Below, in pieces: positions 52,615-57,311 of a stretch of 57,311 bases of DNA. The notes below the pieces were generated by a model. It worked only from the letters and a program-made list of their open reading frames with translations. It searched no databases and was not told the origin of the DNA. Position 1 is the first letter of the stretch. The number at the start of each line of letters is the position of its first letter. The DNA is from Pocillopora damicornis. Lineage: Eukaryota. Position numbers and translations under genes: made by a program. Where the stretch lies: NCBI RefSeq assembly GCF_003704095.1, contig NW_020846105.1:186001-243311 (forward strand), in the 5' to 3' direction.

Positions 52615-54251
52615 GGAAATCGATCAAGACATAAGCCAATGATTCAGTCAATAAGTCGGTGGGAGTTTGTTTTCCCCATAGATTAAGACGGAAGGAAAGG
52701 GGCTATGTAATAGAAATTTTTTTTTTTTAATTTCACACTTGTGTAAATATACAGACAGATTTGTCAAGTTGTCTTTTTTTAACTCAGAAATGGAGTTTAA
52801 ATTTGAAAATATCGTAGCCGAAAATTTCATTTTTTTTTTCTAACTTGTGCGACATTCAACACTTTCATGAAAGTTTCATTAAATTGACAACAAAGGTGAA
52901 AGTAAATATGTAAAGAGGAGCCGGGTGCATTACATGAGCGTAAACAGGGGAGAAAAATAATCTATGGCCTTTCATTTTGACATTTGACAGTGCGAGATCA
53001 CCATATACAGCTGAGCTTTGCTCACACTGATTCTTTAAACTCGAACTGAAAGCTATTTTCCATAGAACGTAATTTCTGGATATTTATCATGAGCTACCCC
53101 TGATATCCCGAGCTGTTCGTTCGATCATTTCGCTTTGACTTTTCAAAGTTCTTTGACACGTTTCCGTTGATGTTTGAATTGCGACAAACAGTCGTCACTA
53201 CAAACGACAACTCGTCACTGTATTCATGATAGCAGTGTTAAAAATACGTAATATTTCGTCGATGAAAGAAGCCTTTGAGGTCTGTAGATTATTGAGAAGA
53301 TGACAAAAACAGTTTATAAGGGAAAAAGTGCCATGATCTGAATTCATAATTCTTAACTTTTTATATTTCTTTTCATAAAGTATAAACATTGAGGCTCTCA
53401 GTTTAAGTGTTCCTGTGTGATCCTTCACGATGACATTACCTTTTAATACTTTTTCGTCTCGAATTCAAGCAAGGTAACGGCCAGAGAGCCATAAATATTT
53501 AACTGTCGTTTAGTGTTTAGAATTATTCCAATTAGAAAGTGGTTTATTGCAATTGGCCACAAATACAAGATGACTTTCTTTCTATGCAAATTTCTGGTCT
53601 CTTTTTCGTAAAATAGAGTTAGAATGGTGATCATCTTTTTTTCTTAGGACCTTTGCGAATGGAACTCTCTACCTTCAGAGGTTGTTAATTCTATGTCATC
53701 ACTAATTTTTTTGGACCAATTTAGCGAATTATTACTACTTATTACGTAGAGATGGCGATATAAGACTCGCTGTTATTTTTCTTCCACCTTTACCGTCCTT
53801 AATCAAATGTTGATGTAAGTCTTCCAAATTGATTTTAAATGTACCATATAAATATAAGGCAGTTTTTCTTGCAGAGACAGCGTTTCAGTGTTATGTATTA
53901 TAAGTAATGCTCTGTATTTCTTTTCAAATGGTTTTGTTAGTGCTCTTGGTCTTTCTCTAATCAAAGGAATGGTCTGCACTTCGCTTATTTTCTTGATGCA
54001 AAAAAGAGTTAAACGAAAACACTCACACATAAGCAGTCAAAAATTTTTAACGAGTAGGCCTTCAAATTCCGTGATTTGCCTGATGTTCACACTACTTTGA
54101 ATGAGTATGCGCACCTACTGCATCAGAAATATATACTACATTGGAAACATACCTTTCATCTCTACAAAAAAATACGAAAAATACACTAAACGCCCTTAAA
54201 AAATCATAACGACTTCAAGCAGACTGTACTGAGAGGCTCGATTTGTCTAAC

Positions 54252-54501
54252 CTGTTAACATATCTGTAACGGCAAGGTTTAACACCAGCATATTGTAAGT
54301 CTTTCGAAGCAATGTTCGGCGTTTGCAAATTGTCACACAAAGGAGAATGTTGCCGAGGAAAGCCCCAAATGCAATGCTACCAAAAATAATCTTGTAAACA
54401 TTATTGACATTGTAGTCAACCTTGTCGTGATGCTGACGTGACGCAAGAATAAAACTTTCGTTAAAGGATGAGTTTGTGCCCAAATTCGTTGTTGCGTTCA
54501 T
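54252..54501 (-). CDS. Stand-alone GPCR first exon V3
   Basis: 250 nt = 83 codons + 1. MNATTNLG...FLGNILLCV...TYNMLVLNLAVTDMLTG. Donor CAG|GTTAGA. No dedicated exon 2. Confidence 0.82.
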
Positions 54502-55981
54502 CCTCTGAACGATGTGTTTCACAATGACTTCAGCGGACCATAGCGCGGTAACCGTTTTATTTGTTTCTGAAACACCTGTCCAAACAGTTCTCTACGCTAG
54601 TTATCAATCGATCTTTCTAGCTTTTTATTCCTGGTTGATTTCTTTCCTTTTAATTGATTTCAATAAATTTCTCCCTTTTTTAACAAAGTTAAATATATTT
54701 TACCGACGTTCTTTCATCAATTTTCTCGGAACCATATTTGTGCTCTTTAAATTTGACCCAGGTGTGTACACAGTAAAAATACAATTACTTTTAGAATCGG
54801 AGCTTTTCCTTCCCATTAGAGTATAAAGTTTCTTATCATTTTTTTCAATTCTTTTAAAATGATGAAACATTAGGACAGTGGGTTTTACCGGAATAACCTC
54901 TTATAGCTGGTAATCTTGCAGGAAGTTCAGTCAAATTGACAGTTTGACTCCACTCCAATGCTCAATTTGAACTTAAGTGGTTCATGTAGTTCCTTGAAAA
55001 TCAGCTTCTGTCTGCTAAAATAATATGTTTAAGCTAAGACAATACAATATAATATTTCTTTACCATCGAAAAGACAGATGTGAAACGTTAACCAGACTGA
55101 TTAAAACTGTGCTGTTTAATATAGTTGGATTTCTCCTCTTTTCTCTGTTCTTAAATTTGAATATACAACTATTATTACATTTCGAGGAAATGATGAAATG
55201 TGCAATAATGCTTTTAGCCAATCAGAGCGTACAGAGTGGCTGATCAGTTTTATACATATCTAATAATGAGAAGCTTGGTGTCTCTATGTGTAAGGTCAAA
55301 GATAACAGTCGTTAAAATTAAACAAACCCGATTCCCTAAAATGAAAAAGGAAATATCTATAACATTTTTCATCAATGCAACCAATTTTGTCAAACCTTAA
55401 CAAACTGATGTATGAAAAACGTTAGAAAGTTTGCGACATACAACAATTAGCTTTTACGTTTTGACACTCTGGGCTTTCTACAGACTACATTTTTCGGAAT
55501 TATTTAATATTGAAATAATCGTCACTGTTTAGAATATCTGCTAATTTTTTTAAACCTGCTTGTAAACCAAGGTAAAAGGCTGACCGTTGCTCTTCAAAGC
55601 TTTCCTGTATGCGCAGTTTTACTCACTGTTGACCACGCCTAAACTAATTTCGGCCGAGATTGAATTAAAGGCACGTTGTCATAAACTAGTCTACTATTTC
55701 GGTTATTAAAAAGTACGGCAATGCATTTTGGTTTTAGCATTTCGTCCTCCAGATTCATCATTGACTTGAGATTTATTTTCAGATTGTTTTGAGGTATGGA
55801 ATTGTTTGAATTGCATTTTTCAAAGGCGAAGAAAGCAGAGCCGCATTCAATATAGCTAAATTCACGAATGTTTAATTGTACATGTACATTTGTGTGTAGA
55901 TGTTTACATGGGCACAAAATGAGTGAAAACCTTCACACAGTTCTGTAACTATTCTGGTGATGAAAGCTTTCCCATACTTAC

Positions 55982-56231
55982 CTGTCAGCATATCTGTAAT
56001 GGCAAGGTTCAGCAATAGAAGGTTGTACGTCTTCGAGAGCAGTGATCGCTTTTTGCACATGACGACGCAGAGGAAAAGGTTACCAAGAAAGGATACTCCA
56101 GCGATTCCACCAAATATGAATTTATAAACATCACTGACAATGTAATCGACCTTATCGTGATGAAGTCGACTTGGGATAATTGAACTAATATTAGCGTTTG
56201 AATTTGAATTCCAAGAGGCTGATATGTTCAT
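55982..56231 (-). CDS. Stand-alone GPCR first exon V4
   Basis: 250 nt = 83 codons + 1. MNISASWN...FLGNLFLCV...TYNLLLLNLAITDMLTG. Perfect donor CAG|GTAAGT. No dedicated exon 2. Confidence 0.83.
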
Positions 56232-57311
56232 CTTTCAAAAGATGTTTAACATCTCCTCATAATCCTGTCCAAAATTAATTCATGGGAAGGAAGCGTCCTA
56301 TAATGATGTCTTACGGATCAAATATCGAAGAGTGTTGATTGAAAAGTGACAAAAAACATTTAATTCTTGTTATGCACCTGCCTAGCTGTTTGTTGCACAA
56401 TAATATTTCAAATTTTACCCCATGTGATTATTTACCATTGTTGTTGAATGGTCGGGTAACCAAAGACATCATAAACTTGAATGATACATAATTCCTTTAG
56501 ATTTTTTTCTTCGTCTCCGTACAGAAAAACATTTCTTATTTCTGAGGACATAGTCCACCTGGAGGGTTTAAAGAACGTGTATCTTTTCGAGAAAAAAGTC
56601 AGAATGATATATATTGCGTAAGATTCGTATTTTTGGTTCTCGACTGAGATGTTTTTTTTTTTTAATCCCCGGGGAAGTTCCATGGAAAAGCCCAAAAGGA
56701 AGCAACAGAGAACTGCCACGTGATCCATGTAAAAAATAGAGCAAATTTTCTTTCTAAGGTAAGCAATGAGGTGAGATACATCTGTTCCCTTTACTCTCAG
56801 TCACTTAATGAGGACTGTTTACCTGTGTCCTACTGATTATATAATTCTTTTTTAATCAATAGAAAGTCTCTTTTGATGTAAGAAATGTCCCTTACAGTGA
56901 ATTAATCATACTACGCGAAAGAGTAAAGGACAGGGATTATGTAGGCCACATGAGACGAAACAAACATTGTGCGTTGAGTTTTAATTTACTTTGTGCAAAA
57001 ATGTATTGAACACCTAAGTTAAAGATCATGATTGAGTTTATTTTCGAATTACGTCGCTAAAGTTAAAAACGTGAATAAGACCTTGCTCTTCCAAGTCACA
57101 TAAATTTGGCATCCAATCGGCAACACATTTAACATGAGCACTGAGAATTTCCTTGTTTAAAATGTTACTTAGGTGGTGGTCGAGAAAATTCTTGTTTGTA
57201 CTGCTCTAAATTCAGAATCGTTAGACGCTTAATTCATGATGGATGTCTCTAAAATTGAATCATTATTCTTGGGCACTTCACACAGGAAAGTGCATACAAG
57301 ACCATTATACA

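Noticed and set aside
53198-53634. Short minus-strand ORFs between V3 and V2 as a possible decayed GPCR exon 2
   Set aside because: No ERW/DRW, RMC, CWxP or NPxxY motif and no matching phase-1 acceptor context. The KKVILYLW resemblance to TM4 is too weak.
55140-55270. CCAAT box (TAGCCAATCAGAGCG) as the promoter of exon V3
   Set aside because: It lies about 700 bp from the ATG in repeat-like sequence and cannot be assigned.
1-57311. CRISPR arrays, tRNA/rRNA genes, autonomous transposase or reverse transcriptase ORFs
   Set aside because: None recognisable; this is spliced eukaryotic DNA.

Overview
AT-rich, intron-containing animal genomic DNA. The gene families and repeat style suggest an anthozoan or stony coral (inference). 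From left to right: (1) two tandem, intact paralogues of the lysosomal amino-acid transceptor SLC38A9 on + (copy A is 5'-truncated by the window/gap; copy B is complete, 14 exons), with TTAA/CCC-ended MITEs in their introns; (2) a complete but strongly divergent 6-exon beta-tubulin on -; (3) a cluster of two-exon class A GPCRs, all with a phase-1 intron at the same TM2 codon (two genes on +, four exon-2 units on -); (4) at the point where the GPCR cluster flips orientation, a head-to-head pair of small secreted-protein genes that the ORF track misses or shows only in part: a stand-alone astacin-type propeptide (FEGDI motif, no protease domain) and a ~48% Asp/Glu protein; (5) at the right end, four intact GPCR first exons in tandem above a single second exon, a protocadherin/UGT1A-like variable-exon plus constant-exon layout. 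Items 5 and 4 are the best candidates for undescribed systems. All exon models were derived by eye from GT-AG sites and reading frames, without transcript evidence.
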